This document shows positions 8,279-16,396 of a DNA stretch of 32,000 nucleotides, piece by piece (position 1 is the stretch's first letter; each line of letters begins with the position of its first letter). Below the pieces are notes generated by a model. That model was not told the DNA's origin, ran no database searches, and saw nothing but the letters and a program-made list of their open reading frames with translations. Position numbers and translations under genes: made by a program. Origin of the DNA: Acinetobacter wanghuae (GTDB taxonomy: Bacteria; Pseudomonadota; Gammaproteobacteria; Pseudomonadales; Moraxellaceae); the NCBI RefSeq assembly GCF_009557235.1, contig NZ_CP045650.1, forward strand, positions 1,170,001 through 1,202,000, read 5' to 3'.

Positions 8279-8974
8279 CTATCGAATTTGAGCATGGTCC
8301 AAATGTCGAGCACCTTCCAAAATCATGCGAATCATAATCATGGTTTGTTCTGCAATTTCACGACGATCTTCTACAGCCATATCAATCACTTGTGCGCCCA
8401 TATTAAATACCAGTTGCGTAATGGCTTTGGCTGCAATCTCGGGATGCAATAACTTGCTGTTATTGAGGCGTTCTAAACGAATTAAATCATCACGCAGTTC
8501 TTGTTGAAAATAATTCAACTGACGATCAACGGCCTGTTTATAAGAGTTTGAGCCGGTATACCCTTCACGAAGTAATAAACTTAAATTGCCTTCATCCGCA
8601 TCAAGCTGGGCAATAAACACTTCGACTGAGCTACGAATAATACTGTTTTGTTTTGATGCTTGTAGGCGTGATTCATTTAAAATTTGACGAAGTACAATAC
8701 CCGCACGATCAATCAGCTCAATGGCAAGTTCATCAATGTCTTTAAAATGACGATAGAAACTGTTTGGCGCAATGCCTGCCTCACGTGCAACTTCACGTAG
8801 GCTTAAGGATGCGATACTTTTTTGTGGTCCAATTAAATTCAATGCCGCCTGAAATAATTCTTCTTTGGTAATGGTGGCTTTGCGACCCACACTTCGAACG
8901 GTGATCGCTGCTTCCATGTCATTGGTTTCTAATAAAGTGGCATCACTGCTTATTTTCATTGAAGACTCGTTCAT
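8279..8974 (-). CDS. fabR: TetR-family repressor of unsaturated fatty-acid metabolism (FabR/DesT-like)
   Basis: The HTH segment [47 protein letters not shown] is nearly colinear with E. coli FabR [47 protein letters not shown]. It is divergent from a reductase-desaturase pair, the same layout as P. aeruginosa desT-desCB. Confidence 0.85.
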   Translation of the reverse strand: [231 protein letters not shown]

Positions 8975-9043
8975 CGTGTAATTCGTGCATGACTCAGTTT
9001 GATTATAGCTGAGCTGCGGAAGGTTGTGAAATGATTAGAAACA

Positions 9044-9082
9044 ATACAATTGTATATACAAATATATATACAAGTGTATAAT
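9044..9082. promoter_or_regulatory. Candidate FabR/DesT operator(s) overlapping the promoter of the reductase-desaturase operon
   Basis: Repeated TACA/TGTA half-sites: perfect palindrome ATACAATTGTAT (9044-9055), perfect palindrome TGTATATACA (9051-9060) and TACAAGTGTA (9069-9078). The last runs into a TATAAT -10 hexamer at 9077-9082, about 30 nt before the 9113 start. Confidence 0.45.
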
Positions 9083-9112
9083 AATTAAAAATTCAACGAA
9101 ATATTTCTGCCG

Positions 9113-10178
9113 ATGAATGCTCCTGCACTACTCAAAACACCGTTCAACGCGCTGACTGACAGCGTTGTGGAAAAGCATACCCTTAATTTCTGGATGCAGA
9201 AATTAAACCCTTTATGGTCGATCAATCAGCCTTTAGGTAAGATTGTTCATAAAGAAAATGCAGCTGAAGATACGGTAAGTCTCAAAATTCAAGTCAACCG
9301 TTTATTCAAGTTTGGTGAAGCAGGGCAGCATCATCCTGTGTACGTGGTCGTCAATGGGATTCGTTACGAGCGCAGTTATAGTTTGACTCAACTAGATCAG
9401 CAACATGTGTTGTTGACCGTTAAAAAAGTCAATGGTGGTAAAGTGAGTACTTGGTTTGCTGAAACAGCAAAATCAGGTGATGTGATTGAGTTTGGTCTGC
9501 CTTTTGGTGATATGACCTTGCCACAACAACCGAGCCCAATGGTGTTGCTTGCAGCGGGTAGTGGCATTACCCCAATGTTGAGTTTACTCCATACATTAAG
9601 TGCAAAAAAATGATTTTAAACAACCTGTTGTGCTTTGGTACTGGGTGAAGAAAGATCAGGATGCTGCATTTAAAGCGCGTTTTGTAGAACTTGCAGCCAA
9701 ACATCCAGAATTTTCATTCAAAATTTTTGCAACGCAAGAAGTAACACCTGCTGCACGTTTAAATGAAACTTACTTAGCAGATCTTCAAAATCTGGAACAC
9801 AGCACCGTGTATGCATGTGGTCCTTCAGGTTTTGTTGCGATTGTTGAACGCTTATTTGCACCGGCAAAAAGCTTACAAACTGAAGCATTCAGTATGAGCC
9901 TTGCCGACCAATCAGACATTGGTTTTGTGAATGTTACGCTGACACAATCAAATAAGATTGTCACCATTCCAAAAGGTCAGTCTATTTTGACCAGCTTGGA
10001 ACAACAAAATATTAAGCCTAAACATGGTTGTCGCATGGGTATTTGTAATAAATGTGCTTGTAACAAAGTTGAAGGTTCAACCAAAAATTTAGTTAATGGC
10101 GCACAGAATAAAGAGCCGGGTAATTTGCTCAAAATCTGTGTTAATTCAGCGCAAACTGATTTAGTTATTGACCTATAA
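9113..10178 (+). pseudogene. Ferredoxin-NAD(P) reductase with C-terminal 2Fe-2S domain (DesC-like), split by a +1 frameshift
   Basis: ORF 9113-9613 holds the FAD-binding barrel and the GSGITP NAD-binding motif, then stops at TGA 9611-9613. ORF 9600-10178 continues in the +1 frame with VLWYWV, ACGPSGF and the 2Fe-2S motif CRMGICNKCAC. The junction is an A7 run (9604-9610); with A6 the reading is continuous (..LSAKNDFKQPVVLWYW..). Confidence 0.8.
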
Positions 10179-10190
10179 GCGAGTTTTTCT

Positions 10191-11285
10191 ATGAATATGC
10201 CTATCAAATTCCAATATTTTAAAAATCCTAAAAACCGTGAATTATCAGCATTAGAGCTGGATGAATTAGCACGTGAATTAGATGCGATTAAACAAGAAGT
10301 CCTTGATGATTTGGGCGAAAAAGATGCGAAATATATCCGTCGTGTCTATTCTGCCATTCGTTATTCTTCAATCGCCGGTCGTGCGTTATTGTTTGCCGGT
10401 TGGTTCCCGCCAGCATGGGTTTTAGGGACGGGTTTACTTGGTTTTGCCAAAATCATGGAAAATATGGAACTCGGTCATAATGTTATGCATGGTCAGTATG
10501 ACTGGATGAATGATCCAAACATGAACGGTCAAACCTACGAATGGGATATTGTGGGGACATCGGATAACTGGCGTCAAACTCATAACTTTAAACATCATAC
10601 GTATACCAATATTAAAGGTATGGATGATGATATTGGTTATGGTCTATTACGTTTGTTCCCAGAACAACGCTGGAAACCAGGCTATTTATTACAACCGATC
10701 TATGCTGTGCCATTTTGTTTGTTATTCCAATGGGGTGTTGCGATTCAAAACCTTGAACTCGGTAAAATGTTCAAAGGTCGTAAAAGCAAAGAGCAAACCA
10801 AAGAAGAATGGAAACCGATGCAACGTAAAATTGGCAAACAATTGTTTAAAGATTATGTGTTCTTCCCATTAATTGCAGGCCCTGCTGCATTGCCTGTACT
10901 TGCGGGTAACTGTGTTGCCAATGGACTACGTAATATTTGGACATTTAGTATTATTTTCTGTGGTCACTTCACCAAAGATGTCGAAGTGTTCCCAAAATCT
11001 GTACTTGAAAATGAAAGCCGCGGACACTGGTATATGCGTCAAATTCGTGGTTCTTCAAACCTGACAGGTTCGGAGTTCTTCCATATTTTAACGGGTCACT
11101 TAAGTCATCAAATTGAGCATCATTTGTACCCAGATATCCCGGCACGTCGTTACCGTCAAATGGGACCAAAAGTACAAGCGGTATGTGAAAAATATGGTTT
11201 GAACTACAATAATGCCAGTCTTGTGAAACAGTACGGTAGTGTGATTAAACGTATTGTGAAATACGCTTTCCCATTTAAAAAATAA
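10191..11285 (+). CDS. Membrane fatty-acid (acyl-CoA/acyl-lipid) desaturase, DesB-like
   Basis: Three histidine boxes are present: HNVMHGQY, HNFKHHTY and HQIEHHLYP. The gene starts 12 nt after the reductase stop, giving the repressor-reductase-desaturase arrangement. Confidence 0.85.
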   Translation: MNMPIKFQYFKNPKNRELSALELDELARELDAIKQEVLDDLGEKDAKYIRRVYSAIRYSSIAGRALLFAGWFPPAWVLGTGLLGFAKIMENMELGHNVMHGQYDWMNDPNMNGQTYEWDIVGTSDNWRQTHNFKHHTYTNIKGMDDDIGYGLLRLFPEQRWKPGYLLQPIYAVPFCLLFQWGVAIQNLELGKMFKGRKSKEQTKEEWKPMQRKIGKQLFKDYVFFPLIAGPAALPVLAGNCVANGLRNIWTFSIIFCGHFTKDVEVFPKSVLENESRGHWYMRQIRGSSNLTGSEFFHILTGHLSHQIEHHLYPDIPARRYRQMGPKVQAVCEKYGLNYNNASLVKQYGSVIKRIVKYAFPFKK

Positions 11286-11298
11286 GTTATTCGATCAT

Positions 11299-11328
11299 AA
11301 AAAACCACTTCTATTGAAGTGGTTTTTT
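11299..11328. terminator. Bidirectional rho-independent terminator
   Basis: A6-CCACTTC-TATT-GAAGTGG-T6 lies between the convergent desaturase and HAD hydrolase genes. Confidence 0.85.
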
Positions 11329-11348
11329 AATTTAAATGGGTAAAAAGA

Positions 11349-11975
11349 TTAGAGCTCGGGAAGCTGCGTATCTGTGCCCACCATAAATGCATGCTGAGCA
11401 AGACTTAACATGGCTGCATCTTCATGGCTATTGCCATACGCATAAATAAGCGGATATGGATCCACAGGATAATCGTTTAAAACGCGCTGTTTTTTATGCT
11501 GCTGACTACAATCAGCAGTGAGATAAGCTCCAGTCAACTGAGCTTGTTGAATCTCAACTTGGCTGCAAATCACCTGAATGCCTAACTGAGTTGCCACTTT
11601 ATTTAAATAAAGATCAATGGTTGCTGAGACCAGAATGATTTCATGATCACATTGTTGATGCTTGATAAGTTGTTCAAACAGGGCTGGATCTAAATGAGCA
11701 ATTAATTTTTTGGCATAAGATTCAGCTAAATTGTCTATTTCGGTGAAATGCGTATTTCTAAACATAGCTGAATAAAGCTTCGGACGCATTTTATGCGCGG
11801 GATACAGCTTTAAATAATAGCCAATAATCCACGGTAAAACTGAAATGCCACGCTTAATAATATGCATTTTGGGTAAGGCATAGAAAATAAACCCTGTAAA
11901 GCTGTCATGCGGATACAGGGTGCCATCAAAATCAAATAAGACTAGAGTTTTAGGTTTCGGATTCTGTGCATGCAT
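11349..11975 (-). CDS. HAD-superfamily (subfamily IB, phosphoserine-phosphatase-like) hydrolase
   Basis: Motif I LFDFDGTL, motif II ILVSAT and motif IV YGNSHEDAAML. The only in-frame start overlaps the upstream lipoprotein gene by 34 nt. Confidence 0.8.
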   Translation of the reverse strand: MHAQNPKPKTLVLFDFDGTLYPHDSFTGFIFYALPKMHIIKRGISVLPWIIGYYLKLYPAHKMRPKLYSAMFRNTHFTEIDNLAESYAKKLIAHLDPALFEQLIKHQQCDHEIILVSATIDLYLNKVATQLGIQVICSQVEIQQAQLTGAYLTADCSQQHKKQRVLNDYPVDPYPLIYAYGNSHEDAAMLSLAQHAFMVGTDTQLPEL

Positions 11976-13183
11976 GATTCATAGCGACCATTAACACGAG
12001 TAGCAAACCAATTGGTGTTGTAATCACGGCTGAGTTTAGGACCCGTAATGACCACTTCAGGCATAATCGCATACATCGGTTCTTTGCCTATTTTTTCTTT
12101 ATAAAGCTTGGTTAACGCTTTATAGGTCATGGTGTCTTCAAAGTCTTTTTCTTTCTCTTTTTTTAGATCTGCGCGGATTTGACGCTCAGTAATAATAAAA
12201 TTATTTTTCGCAAAAACACTAATCAGCTCACGTTCGGACTGGCTTTTTTGCGAGCGAATCCCACCATCTTTGGTATACAGCAGCAAATCACCATCTAAAT
12301 CTAACGCAGTTTCTGTCAAATCATTCAGCATACTTTGAAAAGCGGCATTACGACTTGAATACATCCCCGAGTTATAATCACCGAAACGATAAATCGGTTT
12401 TTCATAATCCGCCGGATACATCATCAAACGGTGAATACCATAGTATAAACCGCCATACTGACTATAGAGATCCGTACGCAATTCCGCCATATTGCCACCT
12501 TGGCGTTTATGCTCTTTGGCATAACCAATATGCACTTGCATTGAACCCAATGTCGTAATCGGATTTAACTTCTCACCAAAATTTTGACCGACCAATTTTG
12601 CTGCACCGGTTAAGGCACTGACATGATATTGCTTGGTCATATAGTCAAAAATTTCACGATATAACTCATCCAATTCACGCTCTGTTTTAACGCGGCGCAT
12701 TTGGCTTAAATAGTTGTCTTCAGGGCTTGGGTGGTTTTTCAATACATCTTGGAAATAGCCAGCGATGGTTCCACCAATATTTTCGCCTAATTTTTCTTTA
12801 AATTTTTCTTCTAATCGATCTTGAACTTCTTTAACTGCTTTAGTGCCTAAACCGGGTACTGCAGGGTCCGCATGGAAATTCGATTCCTGATCGACCACAG
12901 CGACAATGGTACAGACATTTTGTTTCGTCTGTGGAATGCCCAATTGTTCCGTAATATCGAAGATATCTTTCGCCCATGAATCGCGTTCACTGACACGCGA
13001 AGGAATGGCTTTACGAATTTGTTCTGCATCCATGGTCGGTTCATCAGTCGACCACCACGACCCGTTACCACAACCGGCAAGACTGAGTGAAACTGCGAGT
13101 ACAGACAGCGATTTAATCGGAAAATGCAGGGCAAAGGTTTTGTTCATGGTATCGAAATCAGGTTCCAAAAGATGAGAGAACAA
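11942..13183 (-). CDS. Lipoprotein of unknown function with a lysozyme/SLT-like signature (possibly DUF1615 family)
   Basis: The second Met (start 13147) gives the signal peptide MNKTFALHFPIKSLSVLAVSLSLAG-C with a lipobox, so 13147 is the likelier start. Internal VAVVDQESNFHADP ... LGSMQV resembles the E-S ... G-L-M-Q signature of lytic transglycosylases. The DUF1615 assignment is from memory only. Confidence 0.7.
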   Translation of the reverse strand: MFSHLLEPDFDTMNKTFALHFPIKSLSVLAVSLSLAGCGNGSWWSTDEPTMDAEQIRKAIPSRVSERDSWAKDIFDITEQLGIPQTKQNVCTIVAVVDQESNFHADPAVPGLGTKAVKEVQDRLEEKFKEKLGENIGGTIAGYFQDVLKNHPSPEDNYLSQMRRVKTERELDELYREIFDYMTKQYHVSALTGAAKLVGQNFGEKLNPITTLGSMQVHIGYAKEHKRQGGNMAELRTDLYSQYGGLYYGIHRLMMYPADYEKPIYRFGDYNSGMYSSRNAAFQSMLNDLTETALDLDGDLLLYTKDGGIRSQKSQSERELISVFAKNNFIITERQIRADLKKEKEKDFEDTMTYKALTKLYKEKIGKEPMYAIMPEVVITGPKLSRDYNTNWFATRVNGRYESCMHRIRNLKL

Positions 13184-13228
13184 GGCAGATGCAGTATACT
13201 ATGCTCATCAAGAAAGTGATGAATTTAT

Positions 13229-14251
13229 ATGTATATTGGTCCGTATCAACTGTCGAATAATTTGATTGTCGCGCCTATGGCGGGTGTGACCGACCGTCCA
13301 TTTCGTACACTGTGTAAATATTTTGGCGCAGGGCATGCGGTCAGTGAAATGATGACGTCTGATAAAACCTTGCGTATGAGTAAAAAGAGCTTATATCGAG
13401 CGAATTTTGATGGTGAGCTTGCCCCAATTTCTGCGCAAATTGCAGGCTCTGAACCTGCTGATTTAGCAGAAGCTGCACGGTATCAGGTGGCGAATGGGGC
13501 ACAAATTGTCGATATTAATATGGGTTGTCCTGCCAAAAAAGTCTGTAATAAACTCGCAGGCTCTGCACTGCTTAAAGATGAAGATCTAGTCGCACGTATT
13601 TTAGATGCTGTCGTTGCAGCAGTCGATGTCCCTGTTACTTTAAAAACCCGTTTGGGTTATTTAAATGGTTATGAAAATATCATGCGAGTCGCGAAACGCG
13701 CCGAAGAAGCGGGCATTGCGGCACTCGCATTACATGGTCGTACCCGCGAAGACATGTATTTAAACAATGCACGCTATTCCTTGATTAAAGAAGTTAAGGA
13801 CATGTTGAATATTCCCGTGATTGCCAATGGTGATATCGATAGTCCTGAAAAAGCCAAATATGTCCTCGATTATACTGGTGCAGATGCGGTCATGATTGGA
13901 CGCGCGGCACAAGGTCGACCATGGATTTTCCGTGAAATTGGACATTATTTGAAAACAGGTGAGTATCTTGCAGCGCCTAGTATTCAAGAAGTGAAAGATG
14001 TTTTACTCGGACATTTGGCAGAACTGTATGAGTTTTATGGTGAATACTCAGGTTGTCGGATTTCGCGTAAACATATTGCTTGGTATACCAAAGGTTTACG
14101 TTCAAGCAATGAGTTTCGCCAAAGTATGTATAAAGTAGAAAGCACAGCAGATCAATATAAAGTGGTTGAAGATTACTTTAATCATCTGCTCGATCATGGC
14201 GAAATTATGAGTGATATTCAGGTCGAGCAAGTGGATTTACTTAACGTCTGA
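13229..14251 (+). CDS. dusB: tRNA-dihydrouridine synthase B
   Basis: N-terminus [29 protein letters not shown] matches E. coli DusB [40 protein letters not shown] and [11 protein letters not shown] motifs are present. Confidence 0.95.
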   Translation: [340 protein letters not shown]

Positions 14252-14282
14252 TCATTGCTTGATGAGTTATAAATCATAGCAA

Positions 14283-14309
14283 AGGGATGTTTTCGAACAT
14301 CTCTTTTTT
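14283..14309 (+). terminator. Rho-independent terminator of dusB
   Basis: AGGGATGTT-TTCG-AACATCTCT forms 9 bp with one G-U pair, followed by T6. It lies 32 nt after the stop. Confidence 0.8.
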
Positions 14310-14487
14310 ATTTCTCTTACACTGTGGTTGCACTCGTTACATAAAGCGCTGTGCTGTACATAGCTGCGTCATTTCGTCACTGAAATGGGACATGACTTAG
14401 ACACTGTTTACGTGATTTTTCTCTAACATAAAACCCGATCAAGCAAGATGTGGTTTTCATCTTGTGTAAATAGGATCAAGGGAGATC

Positions 14488-15120
14488 ATGATGACGAATT
14501 TAGATCGAAACATTCCAAGTTCAAACCTTGTACAGTCCACAGCAGATAAAGAAACATTGCAACAACGTAGTGATGCATTAGATTCACACACCTTAAGAAA
14601 TAGCCCACCGACATTAGACAAAGCTCGTGCCGATCTTAATGCACCAGTAGCAGAAAATGCCCGAGTGCCAGATATGAACGAAGGTGATGATAATCTGGTT
14701 GCAACAGGTGCAGGGACTTTAGGTGGTGCTGCGGTAGGCGCAGTTGCTGGTTTGGTCGGTGGTCCTCCGGGGGCATTGGTTGGTGGTGTGATTGGTGGCA
14801 TTGTCGGTGGTATTGCAGGCAATGATATTGCACAACCCGATCATCAAGAAGAAGATCGTTATTGGCGCGAGCAACATCAGCAAACACCTTATTATAGTGA
14901 AACCCGTACTCGATATACTGACCTAGACTATGATCGTGATTATCGTGAAGCATATCGCCTTGGTTATGACGATCGGACACACTATGCCAGCAATATTAAC
15001 TTTGATGAGGTCGAACCTGATTTACAACGTAAATGGGAACAGGTGAAAGGCGAGTCTCGTTTAACGTGGGAACAAGCGAAATTCGCAGTCAGAGATGCTT
15101 GGCAGCGTGCAACACGTTAA
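14488..15120 (+). CDS. Glycine-zipper membrane/stress protein of unknown function
   Basis: AGGGAG Shine-Dalgarno. A central GAGTLGGAAVGAVAGLVGGPPGALVGGVIGGIVGGIAG glycine-zipper segment is followed by a charged Y/R/D-rich C-terminal domain (YWREQH, YDRDYREAYRLGYDDR). A terminator follows the gene. Confidence 0.7.
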   Translation: MMTNLDRNIPSSNLVQSTADKETLQQRSDALDSHTLRNSPPTLDKARADLNAPVAENARVPDMNEGDDNLVATGAGTLGGAAVGAVAGLVGGPPGALVGGVIGGIVGGIAGNDIAQPDHQEEDRYWREQHQQTPYYSETRTRYTDLDYDRDYREAYRLGYDDRTHYASNINFDEVEPDLQRKWEQVKGESRLTWEQAKFAVRDAWQRATR

Positions 15121-15130
15121 GTTGCATCTT

Positions 15131-15160
15131 AAAAAAACCTCCAATGATTGGAGGTTTTTT
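15131..15160. terminator. Bidirectional rho-independent terminator
   Basis: A7-CCTCCA-ATGAT-TGGAGG-T6 lies between convergent genes. Confidence 0.85.
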
Positions 15161-15192
15161 ATATTGCCTTGACTTAATACAGAACGATTCTT

Positions 15193-16236
15193 TTAACGCG
15201 GCATCATTTCCAATACCAATTGATTGATTAAATCAGGTGCTTCTAATTCACGAATTTTGGCAACATTGGAGCCTGCCCAAAATGCACCATAGCCTTCATC
15301 GCCATGTTTCAGTGCTGCTGCGTTAAGTTGCTTGGCAAGATCATAAGTATAAGGATAGGCAGGCACTTGCAGGCGGTCAGGTGTATCAATATTGGTATGC
15401 CAATGATTAATGATACCGCGAGCAGGGCGACCTGAAATGCTGGCAGTTACTTGCGTGAGTGGTTTTGACAATAATGCCTTACGATAAGCAGGATTGGCAT
15501 TTGACGTTTTACATTGTACGAAGGCTGTGCCGAGTTGGACAGCTTCCGCACCGAAGTTCAGCATACGACGTGCCTGCTGACCATCCATAATGCCACCGGC
15601 TGCGACAATTGGAAGCTGAACGTGTTGTTTAAGTAATTTAACCAAATTTGAGGTTTTAACTGCGGCATCAAATTGTGTATTGAAAATACCACGATGCCCA
15701 CCCGCTTCAATGCCTTGTGCAATCACCACATCAATCCCAGCCGCTTCAATCGCTTTAGCTTCAGCTAAGTTGGTGGCAGAGATCATGGTGATGATGCCCG
15801 CATCTTTTAGAGCTTGAATTTGATGAGGATGCGGAATGCCAAAATGAAAACTCACAGCTTTAGGTCTAGTCTCTAAAACCAAGTTTAAGAAGTCATCATT
15901 ATCTTTGAAGCTTGGGTAAATTTTCGTTAAACTTTGCGGTGCAGCGACACCAAATTCTGCAAATTTATCTTTAAATTGCGCAATCCACGCCTGTGCAATC
16001 GTGTCATCTAAAGTATCTGTTTCATGACAAAAGAAATTGACTTGAAATGGATGATCGGTGAGTTGCTGAGTATTTAAAATTTCAGTACGAGCCGCCTCGA
16101 CAGCGCTTGCGCCGAGTCCCAAAGAACCTAAGCCACCTTGATTGGAGACCTCTGCGGCAAGTTGAGGTGTAGAAACACCTGCCATAGGTGCCAAAAAAAT
16201 AGGATGTTTAATTCCAAATTTTTCCAATAAAGACAT
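15193..16236 (-). CDS. Nitronate monooxygenase (2-nitropropane dioxygenase family, FMN-dependent)
   Basis: N-terminus FGIKHPIFLAPMAGVSTPQLAAEVSNQGGLGSLG and the internal GIDVVIAQGIEAGGH motif are typical of the NMO family. Confidence 0.85.
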   Translation of the reverse strand: MSLLEKFGIKHPIFLAPMAGVSTPQLAAEVSNQGGLGSLGLGASAVEAARTEILNTQQLTDHPFQVNFFCHETDTLDDTIAQAWIAQFKDKFAEFGVAAPQSLTKIYPSFKDNDDFLNLVLETRPKAVSFHFGIPHPHQIQALKDAGIITMISATNLAEAKAIEAAGIDVVIAQGIEAGGHRGIFNTQFDAAVKTSNLVKLLKQHVQLPIVAAGGIMDGQQARRMLNFGAEAVQLGTAFVQCKTSNANPAYRKALLSKPLTQVTASISGRPARGIINHWHTNIDTPDRLQVPAYPYTYDLAKQLNAAALKHGDEGYGAFWAGSNVAKIRELEAPDLINQLVLEMMPR

Positions 16237-16326
16237 GACTTTGCTCCTTGTAATGTAATTACTTTGCCTCTCAAATCCAAATTAAGCAAATCATAATCAG
16301 TATTTTATTTCGAAATAACCGAATAC

Positions 16327-16368
16327 TGTTACATGCAAGTAACATTTGCCACGACAAGGCTTGTCGTG
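16327..16368 (+). promoter_or_regulatory. Two adjacent palindromes upstream of the radical-SAM gene
   Basis: TGTTAC-N6-GTAACA (16327-16344) and CACGACAAG-G-CTTGTCGTG (16350-16368) lie 29-70 nt before the 16397 start. They could be operators or a 5-prime leader structure. Confidence 0.35.
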
Positions 16369-16396
16369 AATAGGATCAATGCACTATTGAGCTGAA

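Noticed and set aside
8225-8507. Plus-strand ORFs 8225-8452 and 8325-8507 opposite the FabR-like gene
   Set aside because: They overlap the C-terminal half of a gene with unambiguous homology. 8225-8452 also runs through that gene's terminator.
9604-9610. A AAA AAA heptamer as a programmed -1 ribosomal frameshift site rescuing the split reductase
   Set aside because: The downstream half is in the +1 frame relative to the upstream half. A -1 slip would enter the wrong frame. Only loss of one A, by mutation, sequencing error or rare transcriptional slippage, restores the protein.
10549-11169. Alternate-frame ORFs inside the desaturase gene (10549-10872, 10873-11064, 10969-11169)
   Set aside because: The desaturase frame carries all three His boxes. 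The others are chance open frames.
14457-14980. Minus-strand ORFs 14457-14822 (Pro/Ala/Thr-rich) and 14636-14980 overlapping the glycine-zipper gene
   Set aside because: They are antisense mirror images of a GGT/GGC/GCA-rich coding segment. They have low-complexity products and no Shine-Dalgarno. The plus-strand gene has a Shine-Dalgarno, a terminator and a coherent domain layout.
16324-16345. TACTGTTACATGCAAGTAACAT as a LexA (SOS) box
   Set aside because: It starts with TACTGT but lacks the ACAG half-site at the required CTGT-N8-ACAG spacing. The real symmetry is TGTTAC-N6-GTAACA, so it is reported only as an unassigned palindrome.
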